Positions 27,268 through 36,104 of a stretch of 64,000 bases of DNA are shown here, piece after piece. The position numbers were made by a program, and so were the translations under genes. The DNA lies in assembly GCA_963796055.1 (NCBI GenBank), contig CAWCKH010000004.1, positions 416,001 to 480,000 of the forward strand. Direction: 5' to 3'. Origin of the DNA: an uncultured delta proteobacterium (lineage in GTDB: Bacteria > Myxococcota > Myxococcia > Myxococcales > Myxococcaceae). The notes under the pieces were generated by a model, which was not told the origin of the DNA, did not search any database, and worked only from the letters and a program-made list of their open reading frames with translations. The number at the start of each line of letters is the position of its first letter. Positions within the stretch are counted from its first letter, which is position 1.

Positions 27268-28674
27268 GTGCGAGCTGAAGCGGCGATGCCGGTGAGCGCG
27301 GCGCCACCCGCGCGAGACGTCCTGGGGCACCCGCGCGGGCTCTGGTACCTCTGCTTCGCCGAGGCCTGGGAGCGCTTCTCCTACTACGGGATGAACGGGC
27401 TCCTGGTGCTCTACCTCACCCAATATCTCTTGTTCCCGGGGCACGTGGAGCAGGTCGCCGGCTTCACCGCGTTCAAGTCGGCGCTCGAGCTGGGATACGG
27501 GACGCTGGCGACACCGATCGCCCTCGCCGCCGCGATCACTGGCGTGTACACCAGCGGGATCTACATCACCCCGATCGTCGGTGGCTTCATCGCCGACCGA
27601 TGGCTCGGCCGCACCGCAACGGTGACGCTGGGCGCGTTGCTGATGGTCCTCGGACACTTCCTGATGGCCTTCGAGGTCTCCTTCGTCGTCGCCCTCCTCT
27701 GCCTCTTCGTCGGCGTGGGCTGCTTCAAGGGAAACATCGCCAGCCAGGTCGGCGAGCTCTACGGGCCGGCCGACCTGCGCCGCGCCGACGCCTACCAGGC
27801 CTTCATGCTGGGCATCCAGCTGGCGGTCATCGTTTCCCCGCTGGTGTGCGGCACGCTGGGGCAGAAGGTGGCGTGGCACTGGGGCTTCGGCGCGGCCGGG
27901 ATCGGCATGCTCCTGGGCCTGGTGGTTTATCTCTCCGGCCGGAGATACCTCCCGGCGGAGGCCCCGCGCGGGACGCGAGCCAGAGCCGAGCGCCCGAAGC
28001 TCGGGAGGAAGGAATGGGTGGCGATCATGGTGCTGATCGCAATGCTGCCCGCGCTTGCGCTGTGCACCATCGCCAACCAGGAGATCTTCAACGCCTACGA
28101 GGTGTGGGGCCACGCCCACTACGACCGCAACCTGTTCGGCTTCGACCTGCCGGTGACCTGGCTACTCTCGCTGGACGCGACGTTCTCCACCTTCACCATG
28201 GCCGGTACCTTGCTGTTCTGGCGCTGGTACAGCCGTCGCCGGAGAGAGCCGGACGAGATCATCAAGATCATCATCGGCGCGGTGATCGGCGCATGCGGGC
28301 CGTTGTTACTGGCGGCGGGCGCGGCGGAAGAAGCGGCGACCGGCCAGAAAGTCTCGCTGCTCTGGGGCCTGGCCTTCCACCTGGTCAACAACATCAGCTT
28401 CGCGATGATCTACCCCGTGGGGCTGGCGCTCTTCTCCCGCGCCTCGCCGAGGGGCATCGGGGGCATGATCATCGGCATCTACTATCTCCACCTCGCCATG
28501 GGGAACCTGGCCACCGGATATCTCGGCGGCCTGCTGGAGAAGATGAGCGGGTTCGCCTTCTGGCTGCTGCACTCCGGTCTGGTGGCGGTGGGAGCGGTGG
28601 CGATGATGCTGTTCGCGCTGCTGTTCCGGAAGATCCTCGCCCCCACCGTGGAACCGGCGCCGATCGCTCGCTGA
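27268..28674 (+). CDS. POT/PTR family proton-dependent oligopeptide transporter
   Basis: GHPRGL, EAWERFSYYGM, GGFIADRWLG, GCFKGNI. Confidence 0.93.
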   Translation: MRAEAAMPVSAAPPARDVLGHPRGLWYLCFAEAWERFSYYGMNGLLVLYLTQYLLFPGHVEQVAGFTAFKSALELGYGTLATPIALAAAITGVYTSGIYITPIVGGFIADRWLGRTATVTLGALLMVLGHFLMAFEVSFVVALLCLFVGVGCFKGNIASQVGELYGPADLRRADAYQAFMLGIQLAVIVSPLVCGTLGQKVAWHWGFGAAGIGMLLGLVVYLSGRRYLPAEAPRGTRARAERPKLGRKEWVAIMVLIAMLPALALCTIANQEIFNAYEVWGHAHYDRNLFGFDLPVTWLLSLDATFSTFTMAGTLLFWRWYSRRRREPDEIIKIIIGAVIGACGPLLLAAGAAEEAATGQKVSLLWGLAFHLVNNISFAMIYPVGLALFSRASPRGIGGMIIGIYYLHLAMGNLATGYLGGLLEKMSGFAFWLLHSGLVAVGAVAMMLFALLFRKILAPTVEPAPIAR

Positions 28675-28735
28675 CGGCAGGCCTCACGCACGGCGGCCTG
28701 CCACCTTCGGGACCCAGCGCGAGAGACGTCCACCG

Positions 28736-29167
28736 CTACTTCTGGAGGGTGGCCTTCACCGACATCGGGATCTTCAACGCTGCCGAGATGGGGCAGCCGT
28801 TCTTCGCGCCCTCGGCGGCCGTCTCGAACCCCGACGCGTCGATGCCGGGCACCCACCCCTTCACCTCGAGCGCCGACGACTTGACCTCGAACCCGCCTCC
28901 CGCCTTCGGCCCGAACTCGACCACCGCGCTGGTCTCCAGCCGCGTGGCCGGGTGACCTCCCTGCGCCAGGGCGTGCGAGAGGGCCATGGAGAAGCAGCTG
29001 GCGTGTGCCGCGGCCAGCAGCTCCTCCGGGGTTGTCGACCGCGCCGCTCCCTCGGTCCGCGCCTTCCAGCTCAGGTTCGCTCCCTGGAAAGTCCCGCTCG
29101 CGGCGCTGACCTTCCCCTGGCCGCCCATCAGATCGCCTTGCCACTCCGCGGTCGCCTTGCTCTGCAT
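28736..29167 (-). CDS. osmC: OsmC family peroxiredoxin
   Basis: ATAEWQGDL, PEELLAAAHASCFSMAL, AKNGCPISAAL. Confidence 0.95.
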   Translation of the reverse strand: MQSKATAEWQGDLMGGQGKVSAASGTFQGANLSWKARTEGAARSTTPEELLAAAHASCFSMALSHALAQGGHPATRLETSAVVEFGPKAGGGFEVKSSALEVKGWVPGIDASGFETAAEGAKNGCPISAALKIPMSVKATLQK

Positions 29168-29246
29168 GGCACACCTCCCTCCTGCGCTTTCTGCCGCGGG
29201 CCGAGGTCCGGCGCAACCCGGAGTGGCGGCCACGCCGCGCCGCGGC

Positions 29247-29654
29247 TCAGAGCGCCGGGCGTGGCTGGGCGACGGCGGCCCGGCTCCGCTGCACGGCCTT
29301 GACACCCAGGGTGATGAACACTGCCAGCAACCCGAGCTGGGCGATGCCGAAGGGTGGCTCGGACTGGGTGGGGGCCAGGGCATGCAGCGCGGGGACCTTG
29401 GCGAAGAGCTGGGCCACGAGCACGAACACGTTCAACCACAGGGCAACCAGCGCGCCGATGACGAAGACCTGCGCCCACCGGCCCTGCATCGCGCGCCCGT
29501 GACGGGCCCAGAGCACCACGGCGAGAACGACCAGCCAGCCCGGGAGGTCCTGCCCTCGCAGCGTGGCGGCGAGCCAGACGAATCCGGAAGCAATGCCCAC
29601 CAGGCTGATTGCCGTGTGGATCGCCGTCAACAGGGTCAGTCCGCTCATCGCCAC
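29247..29654 (-). CDS. membrane protein, probably with an internal in-frame deletion
   Basis: HTAISLVGIASG...GW joined directly to LVVLAV...LNVFVLVAQLFAKVPALHALAPTQSEPPF. Confidence 0.65.
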   Translation of the reverse strand: MAMSGLTLLTAIHTAISLVGIASGFVWLAATLRGQDLPGWLVVLAVVLWARHGRAMQGRWAQVFVIGALVALWLNVFVLVAQLFAKVPALHALAPTQSEPPFGIAQLGLLAVFITLGVKAVQRSRAAVAQPRPAL

Positions 29655-29751
29655 CTCCGGTGCCGGGTCTTCCGCTCTCTATGCGGCCCCGGTCAGAGAT
29701 GCGAGCGCGGACACCAGCGACCATTCACTCGAAGTGAATCGAGGCGTGGGG

Positions 29752-30531
29752 TCACTTGCCGGGTGCGTTCATCGCCGCGGCGATGGAGCGCACCAGCGCG
29801 CGCGGGCCGAGGCGAACGCTGAACGCCATCGCCTTGTTCGTCCACCCGTGAACGACGAACGGCGTTCCCCGGAGCATGGCGCGATATGCCTCCCTCGCCA
29901 CCGCCTCCGACGACATGACGCCGGAGCGAAACAGCCGGGTTCTTCCGCTCCCCGCCACCGACGCGAACTCGGTCGCGGTGGCCCCGGGGAGGCTTGCCGT
30001 GGCCGTCACCCCGGAGCCCTTCAGCTCGTGGGACAGGGCCTCGGTGAACGAGTTCACGAACGCCTTGGTGGCGTAATAGACGGCTCCGTACGGCCCGGGC
30101 TGGAGACCGGCGGTCGAGCCGATGTTCAGCACCCGGCCGCGCCGCCGGGCCAGCATGGGCGGAAGAAAGGCGTGGGTGAGCCGGACCAGCGCCCGGACAT
30201 TGACGTCCACCATCACCAGCTGCGTCGCCAGGTCGCTCGTGGCGAACGGGCCGACGTTGCCCAGCCCGGCGTTGTTGACCAGGTACTCGATCTCCATCCT
30301 CTGGCGCTGCACCTCGGCGATGACCCGCTCCACGTCGTCGGGGACCGCCAGGTCGGCGGCGATGACCTGGACCGACACCTTCCCCGCCGCGCGCAGCTCG
30401 GTGGCCAGCGCCTCCAGCCGCTCCCGGCGTCGCGCCACCAGGACGAGATCGACGCCATCGGCGGCGAAAAGCCGCGCGAACTCTTCACCCAGTCCTGAAG
30501 ACGCCCCGGTCACCAGCGCAGTCGTGCCCAT
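29752..30531 (-). CDS. SDR family oxidoreductase (DltE-like)
   Basis: TGASSGLG, NNAG, YYATK. Confidence 0.93.
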   Translation of the reverse strand: MGTTALVTGASSGLGEEFARLFAADGVDLVLVARRRERLEALATELRAAGKVSVQVIAADLAVPDDVERVIAEVQRQRMEIEYLVNNAGLGNVGPFATSDLATQLVMVDVNVRALVRLTHAFLPPMLARRRGRVLNIGSTAGLQPGPYGAVYYATKAFVNSFTEALSHELKGSGVTATASLPGATATEFASVAGSGRTRLFRSGVMSSEAVAREAYRAMLRGTPFVVHGWTNKAMAFSVRLGPRALVRSIAAAMNAPGK

Positions 30532-30559
30532 GGAGTGAGGCCTAGCCGCTGGCGAGCCT

Positions 30560-30712
30560 TCACGTCCAGACGCGGAGAACCCGGTCGATGACCCACGCCA
30601 TCCCCGCGCGCGAGGAGACCGCGGACTGCAGGCCGAGGAGCGCCGGGCCGCGCACCAGGAGGTGGAGCAGCGGCTCACGGACGATGCGGGACCGACGTTC
30701 GCGGATCGACAT
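30560..30712 (-). pseudogene. 50-aa chimeric remnant ORF
   Basis: MSIRERRSRIVREPLLHLLV...GMAWVIDRVLRVWT*. Confidence 0.35.
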
Positions 30713-30802
30713 CGGGTCCGCATTGGTACCACGCCCCGCGGGCGGTTCGTCCGGACAAGAGGGCGCAGGTGGCGTAAGACCACTGCCCCCGACCAGCCCA
30801 GC

Positions 30803-31471
30803 ATGCCGGACACCATCGACCTTCCGCGCCCCTCCAGCTCCACTCTCCGCGCCTGGATCGATCTCTGGGCCGAGCAGCGCTTCCGACGCGAGCTGGTGCT
30901 CACCATGGCGGGGCTACCGCTGGTACTCGCCGTGATGGCCCGGTTCCTGAACTGGGTCGAGCGCCGGCCCGGAGTCGTGCTGCCCGATGCAGTGCTGGCC
31001 GTCATCCCCCCGCGCGACGTCACCTGGGTCACCTTCGCGCTCGTCTACGCCGGGATCCTCACCGCGGTGGCGGTGCTGCTGCCCTACCCGCGCCGGCTAT
31101 TGCTGGGGCTCCAGGCCTACACGGTGATGGTGCTGCTCCGCATGGCAGTGATGTCGGTGACGCCGCTCGACCCTCCCCCGGGCATGGTGCCGCTGCAGGA
31201 CCCCTTCGTACAGATTCTCGGGACTGGCCATGTCCTCACCAGGGACCTCTTCTTCTCCGGCCACACCTCGACGCTCTTCCTCCTGGCGCTGATGGCGCCG
31301 GGACGCGTGGCGCGGGCCTTCTTCCTCGCCTGCACCGCCGCGGTCGCAGCGTGCGTCCTCTGGCAACACGTGCACTACACGGTGGACGTGCTGGTCGCCC
31401 CCTTCTTCGCCTTTGCCAGCCGCGACCTCGCCCTGAGGCTCCACGGCGGAGCTCGCTCGTCGGTCCGCTGA
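30803..31471 (+). CDS. sphingomyelin-synthase-like PAP2 superfamily membrane protein
   Basis: About 6 TM; LPD, DLFFSGHT and HVHYTVDV motifs. Confidence 0.85.
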   Translation: MPDTIDLPRPSSSTLRAWIDLWAEQRFRRELVLTMAGLPLVLAVMARFLNWVERRPGVVLPDAVLAVIPPRDVTWVTFALVYAGILTAVAVLLPYPRRLLLGLQAYTVMVLLRMAVMSVTPLDPPPGMVPLQDPFVQILGTGHVLTRDLFFSGHTSTLFLLALMAPGRVARAFFLACTAAVAACVLWQHVHYTVDVLVAPFFAFASRDLALRLHGGARSSVR

Positions 31472-31643
31472 GACGGTCATCAGGCGGAGCCGATCCATCG
31501 CATGATTCGCACTTGTTCCTCGGCCCGGGACACATCTCGGCCGGGAGAGCTCCCTTATCGTCGCGTTGCTTGCGTCGACAACGATGTGGACGCACCGTTT
31601 GCGGTGGGGCCCCATCCTTGACTCCAAAATCAGCCCGGATGCG

Positions 31644-31659
31644 GGGCACGTTCCATGCA
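31644..31659 (+). promoter_or_regulatory. candidate sigma54 (-24/-12) promoter
   Basis: GGGCACGTTCCATGCA with exact GG-N10-GC spacing, about 40 nt before the ATG at 31700. Confidence 0.5.
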
Positions 31660-31699
31660 TTTCCGTAGGGGGCGCAGAACCAACCGCGGGAGCGACATC

Positions 31700-31924
31700 A
31701 TGAAGACCAAGGACATCAACCGGAAGATCGACGTGGTCGCAGCCAGGGCGAAGGCGCTGAACATCAAGGCCACCGACAAGCTGCACCTGGCGGTCGCCAG
31801 GGCCGGATACGCGCTCCAGGGGACCGCGGAGAAGCTGGCCGAGAGCGCGGAGGAGCTGGCGATCCGCGCACAGCACCTGGCGAAGCAGGTCACGCCCAAG
31901 CCGGTCCGCAAGCAGGTCCGCTAG
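31700..31924 (+). CDS. small basic helical hypothetical protein (74 aa)
   Basis: GGGAG RBS; strong GC3 bias; Lys/Ala-rich. Confidence 0.75.
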   Translation: MKTKDINRKIDVVAARAKALNIKATDKLHLAVARAGYALQGTAEKLAESAEELAIRAQHLAKQVTPKPVRKQVR

Positions 31925-31946
31925 CTCCGGCTCCGGGCACCCGGGG

Positions 31947-32426
31947 CTACAGCTCCCGAGTCATGAACCGACTGAACGGATCCTCCCAGTAGTCACCGAA
32001 GGGACCGCAGAACCGGAATCCCGCGCTCTGGTAGAGCTGGAGCGCGGGGACGAACGCCGGCGTCGAGCCCGTCTCCAGCCAGACGCTGCGCAGGCCTCGG
32101 GCCCTCGCCTCGGCGAGCAGATGCTCGAGGATTGCCCGCCCGATTCCCCTTCCGAGGAACGCATCCGCCACCCGCATCGACTTCAGCTCACCGCGTTCGG
32201 AGTCCAGGACCTTGAGCGCGCCACAGCCGGCGATCTCCTCGCCCACCCAGGCGGACCAGAAGGTCACCCCCGACTGCCGGAGCCGGTCCACGTCGAAGGC
32301 GTGCACGCTCTCGGGCGGCGAGCTGGCGTGCATCCCCGCCAGGTGCCGGGAGATGAGGGCGCGCGTCGGCGCACCTGAGAGGTCATCGAGCAGGAAGCGC
32401 AGCGGAGGGCTCACCCGAGGGCGCAC
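31947..32426 (-). CDS. GNAT N-acetyltransferase (YedL-like)
   Basis: SPPESVHA, GELKSMR, GRGIG, LETGS. Confidence 0.92.
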   Translation of the reverse strand: MRPRVSPPLRFLLDDLSGAPTRALISRHLAGMHASSPPESVHAFDVDRLRQSGVTFWSAWVGEEIAGCGALKVLDSERGELKSMRVADAFLGRGIGRAILEHLLAEARARGLRSVWLETGSTPAFVPALQLYQSAGFRFCGPFGDYWEDPFSRFMTREL

Positions 32427-32474
32427 GGTAACATCGGTGCCCGGAGCCCGCCGCCTGGCGAGGCGAGGATGCGG

Positions 32475-32555
32475 TCAGGCTTCGCCGAAGGTCATGGTCC
32501 CCGGCGCCATCTCGGAGACCCGGAGCCCACTCCTGCCCGGAAGACGGTAGTTCAT
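32475..32555 (-). pseudogene. N-terminal remnant of a second aldo/keto reductase
   Basis: [29 protein letters not shown] overlaps the stop of the intact AKR (ATGA). Confidence 0.7.
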
Positions 32556-33544
32556 CGGTTCACCGCCGCCATGCCCTGCGCGGTGTAGCGATCGCCCCGG
32601 GCGGCTCCGAGGGGGAAGATCTCGTCGAGCGCCTGGAGGTCTGCGGGCGAGAGCTTCACCCTGGCCGCGCCGAGGTTCTCGTCGAGCGTGGCCTCACGCT
32701 TGGTCCCCGGGATGGGCACGATGTCCTCGCCGCGGGCCAGCACCCACGCCAGCGCCAGCTGGGCCGGGGTGACGCGCTTGCTCCGCGCCAGCTCCTCCAC
32801 GCGGGCGACCAGGTCCAGGTTGCGCCGGAAGTTCTCCCCCTGGAACCGCGGGTTGTTTCGCCGGAAGTCGTCCGCCGGCAGGTCCTCGAAGCGCTTGAAG
32901 CGGCCAGTGAGGAAGCCGCGCCCCAGCGGGGAATAGGCGACGAACCCGATGCCCAGCGCCCGCACCGTGGGCAGGATGGACTCATCGACCTCGCGGGTCC
33001 ACAGCGAGTACTCGCTCTGGAGGGCGGCGATGGGATGCACCGCCGCGGCCCTCCGGATGGTCGCCGGGCTCGCCTCGCTCAGGCCCAGGTGGCGGACCTT
33101 GCCGGCGCGGACCAGCTCGGCCATCGCGCCCACGGTCTCCTCGATGGGAACGGTGGGGTCGACCCGGTGCTGGTAGTAGAGGTCGATGACGTCCACCTTC
33201 AGCCGGCGGAGACTGGCCTCGGCGGCCTCGCGGACGTAGGCCGCGTCTCCGCGGACGCCGGCGAACTCCCCGTTCGGGCCGCGAACGTTGCCGAACTTGG
33301 TCGCGAGGACGACGTTCTGCCGGCGGCCGGCGATGGCGCGGCCGACCAGCTCCTCGTTGCGGCCCACCCCGTACATGTCCGCGGTGTCGAGGAAGTTCCC
33401 CCCCGCATCGAGGTAGCGGTGGATGACGCGGATGGACGCGGCGTCGTCCTGCTGACGCGGGTCGTAAAACTCGCTCATTCCCATGCACCCGAGGCCGATG
33501 GCCGATACCGAGAGGCCCGAGCTGCCCAGAGTTCTTCGTTCCAT
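32552..33544 (-). CDS. aldo/keto reductase
   Basis: [38 protein letters not shown]. Confidence 0.96.
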   Translation of the reverse strand: MERRTLGSSGLSVSAIGLGCMGMSEFYDPRQQDDAASIRVIHRYLDAGGNFLDTADMYGVGRNEELVGRAIAGRRQNVVLATKFGNVRGPNGEFAGVRGDAAYVREAAEASLRRLKVDVIDLYYQHRVDPTVPIEETVGAMAELVRAGKVRHLGLSEASPATIRRAAAVHPIAALQSEYSLWTREVDESILPTVRALGIGFVAYSPLGRGFLTGRFKRFEDLPADDFRRNNPRFQGENFRRNLDLVARVEELARSKRVTPAQLALAWVLARGEDIVPIPGTKREATLDENLGAARVKLSPADLQALDEIFPLGAARGDRYTAQGMAAVNR

Positions 33545-33608
33545 GGTTGACTCCTTCGAGAGTGCGTTCCGGCGGAGCGTGATCTCTCCCAAGGCCGAGG
33601 TCGCCACC

Positions 33609-34577
33609 ATGCCGACTCCTCCGTCTCTCTTGCCCAATCCACCGGGCACGCCGCCCCCACCGCAGGGCGCTCCGGTTCCCGCCGCCACCGCGCGCATGGC
33701 CGAGCTGCTGCGCACGCAGGCCGACCCTTCCGCCGGAGCGCGCTGCCCGCTCCCGGGGGTGCACTACCTCTGGGCCGACCGGCCGTCGCCGACCCATCCG
33801 CTGGTGTACGAGTCGGGCATCTGCATCCTCGCCGCGGGTCGGAAGGTGGTCCGGCTCGAAGACCAGCAGTTCACGTACGACGCGGACAATTTCCTGGTGC
33901 TCTCGGTGCCGCTGCCGCTGGAGTGCGAGGTCTTCGCCTCTCCCGAGGAGCCAGTCCTGGGATTCCGGCTGGACCTGGACCCGGTGGCGCTTGCCGAGCT
34001 CATCCTGGAGGCGGGCCCGCTCGAGGCCCCCGCGGAGACGGCGAGCGCCCCACCGCAGGGCATCTTCGCCTCTCGCTTCACCGACGGGCTGCGCGACGCC
34101 TGCCTGCGCCTGGTGGAGTGCCTGGGGCGGCCGACCGACGCCCGCATCCTCGGCCCGGGAATCATCCGGGAGATCACCTACCGGGTGCTCTCCACCGATC
34201 AGGCGCACGCCCTCCGCGCCGTGGCGGTGCGACACGCGCGCTTCACACAGATCAGCCGGGTGCTCCAGCGGATCCACCGGGACTTCGGCTCGGTGCTTTC
34301 CGTGGAGTCGCTCGCCGCCGAGGCCGCGATGTCGATGAGCACCTTCCACGAGAGCTTCCGCGCGGTGACCCGGACCTCGCCGCTGCAGTACTTGAAGGCC
34401 GTCCGGCTCCACAAGGCACGGACGCTGATGGTCCACGAGGGGCTCACCGCCGCCGAGGCGGCAGTCCGGGTGGGTTACGAGTCCCCGTCGCAGTTCAGCC
34501 GCGAGTTCAAGCGGCTCTTCGGGCGACCACCGGCGCAGGACGCGGCGGCCTCCCGGGCCTCGCTGATGTCCGGCTGA
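33609..34577 (+). CDS. AraC family regulator (YqhC-like), divergent from the AKR
   Basis: AraC_N region [34 protein letters not shown]; start codon uncertain. Confidence 0.92.
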   Translation: MPTPPSLLPNPPGTPPPPQGAPVPAATARMAELLRTQADPSAGARCPLPGVHYLWADRPSPTHPLVYESGICILAAGRKVVRLEDQQFTYDADNFLVLSVPLPLECEVFASPEEPVLGFRLDLDPVALAELILEAGPLEAPAETASAPPQGIFASRFTDGLRDACLRLVECLGRPTDARILGPGIIREITYRVLSTDQAHALRAVAVRHARFTQISRVLQRIHRDFGSVLSVESLAAEAAMSMSTFHESFRAVTRTSPLQYLKAVRLHKARTLMVHEGLTAAEAAVRVGYESPSQFSREFKRLFGRPPAQDAAASRASLMSG

Positions 34578-34665
34578 CCGACCCGTCAAGCAACGCCGGG
34601 ACCGGCGGGTGTCCCCGGGGGAAGGCACCGCGACGGCAGACACCCCCCGACCAGGAGCTCGAGAC

Positions 34666-36039
34666 GTGCATCCTCCCCCAACCCCTTGCCGGGTCCTTCC
34701 GGTCCTCCTGTGGGTGATGGCGCTGTGCGGCTGCGGAGGACAGGCAGTCCCCCCGGAGGCCGAGCTCACGGCGAGGGACGTGACGCTCCCCGGAGTCGCG
34801 GCGGTCAAGGTCGAGGCGTGGGAGCACCGGAAGTGGGTGGTCCTCGTCGAGACCCTGCAAGAACAGCTGCTGGTGACGGCGCCCGCGCGCAAGCTGGTCT
34901 GGCTCGACGCGGACCTCCAGGTGGTCAGGGAGCACGTCCCACCCGAAGGCCGCTTCCTGATCGACTTCGCCGTGCATCCCTCGGGCGCGGCGACCCTGGT
35001 GGAGCTCGAGCCGGCCCCCGGGGCCGATCTCTTCCTGAAGCCGATCAAGGCCTGGCTGGTTCGCGTTCTCCCCGACGGCTCGGAGCTCACCTTCGCGCTC
35101 GACTCGGGAATTCCAGAGACCGGGGAGATACCTCCCTTCCTCTTCTCGCTCGACCGGGCGCGGATCTCTGCCGTGGGAGAGGGGGTGCTGGTGGCCATGC
35201 GCTGGTCCGACAACTCCGTCCGGGCCCACCGCCTGGAGTTCGGGGACGGTGGGTTCCATCCGTCGTGGACCACGGTGGTCGAGCCTCAGGCGCAGCTCCT
35301 GGCGATCGGAATCATCGGAGGTGGGTTCGACAACTTTCACCAGGGCGACCGATCGGCCTTCCTCCACCTCGAGATCGATCCAGCCGGAGCTGCGTACGTC
35401 GTCGTCCCGAGCACACCGGAAGTCCTGACCGCCCACGACGCGTTCTTTCGCGAGCACCTGCTCGAGGGCGCGGACCAGCCGCACTTCGACTACGGAGTGG
35501 CGATCATCACCAGGCTCTCGGCCGACGGGCAGCGCACCTACGCCACCCTCTCGGGTCTGGGTACTGGCAAGCGCCTGCTGAGCATCCGGGCGACGGCGGA
35601 GGCGCTCTGGCTGACAGGGCGGGCCCGGACGGGAGGGGAGCCCGAGGACTGGGATGGCTGGATGCAATCCTTCGACCCCGCGACCGGCCATCCGCTCTCC
35701 GAACGACTCGTCGACGTCCAGGGCGGCGACATGTTCTGGGAGCTGGCGCCGCTGGGCCAGGGCTCGGTCCTGGGCGTCGGCTCCACGAACTACACGCAGA
35801 ATCCCGCCGGGTTGAGCGTGAGCGATGCGCGGGACGACCTCGCGGTCGTCCTCGGGCCCGACGGAACGGTGCGGAAGCAGATCGCGCTGCCGCCCGGCCC
35901 GGTGGGTCGTGGAAACGAAGTCACGTCGGTCCGGGTGATCGAGGGCCGCTGGGGGATATTCGCCGGGGTGAAGAACGCACCCGGCACGCACGCACAGGTC
36001 TTCTCGGACGCGTTCCTGAGTCTGCGGGGGTTCCAGTAG
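34666..36039 (+). CDS. putative lipoprotein, beta-rich (propeller-like)
   Basis: Lipobox-like LCGC after a hydrophobic stretch; coding GC3 pattern. Confidence 0.7.
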   Translation: MHPPPTPCRVLPVLLWVMALCGCGGQAVPPEAELTARDVTLPGVAAVKVEAWEHRKWVVLVETLQEQLLVTAPARKLVWLDADLQVVREHVPPEGRFLIDFAVHPSGAATLVELEPAPGADLFLKPIKAWLVRVLPDGSELTFALDSGIPETGEIPPFLFSLDRARISAVGEGVLVAMRWSDNSVRAHRLEFGDGGFHPSWTTVVEPQAQLLAIGIIGGGFDNFHQGDRSAFLHLEIDPAGAAYVVVPSTPEVLTAHDAFFREHLLEGADQPHFDYGVAIITRLSADGQRTYATLSGLGTGKRLLSIRATAEALWLTGRARTGGEPEDWDGWMQSFDPATGHPLSERLVDVQGGDMFWELAPLGQGSVLGVGSTNYTQNPAGLSVSDARDDLAVVLGPDGTVRKQIALPPGPVGRGNEVTSVRVIEGRWGIFAGVKNAPGTHAQVFSDAFLSLRGFQ

Positions 36040-36104
36040 GACCCTCCCTACCCCGGGACCGGCGGTCCGGCACCGAGCGGCTGGCCTCGCCGCCTGCCGG
36101 CGGT

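Noticed and set aside
34686..36104. N-terminal 473 aa of the 1547-aa ORF
   Set aside because: Arg/Gly/Pro-rich shadow frame over the lipoprotein gene; SARP similarity begins only at about 36105.
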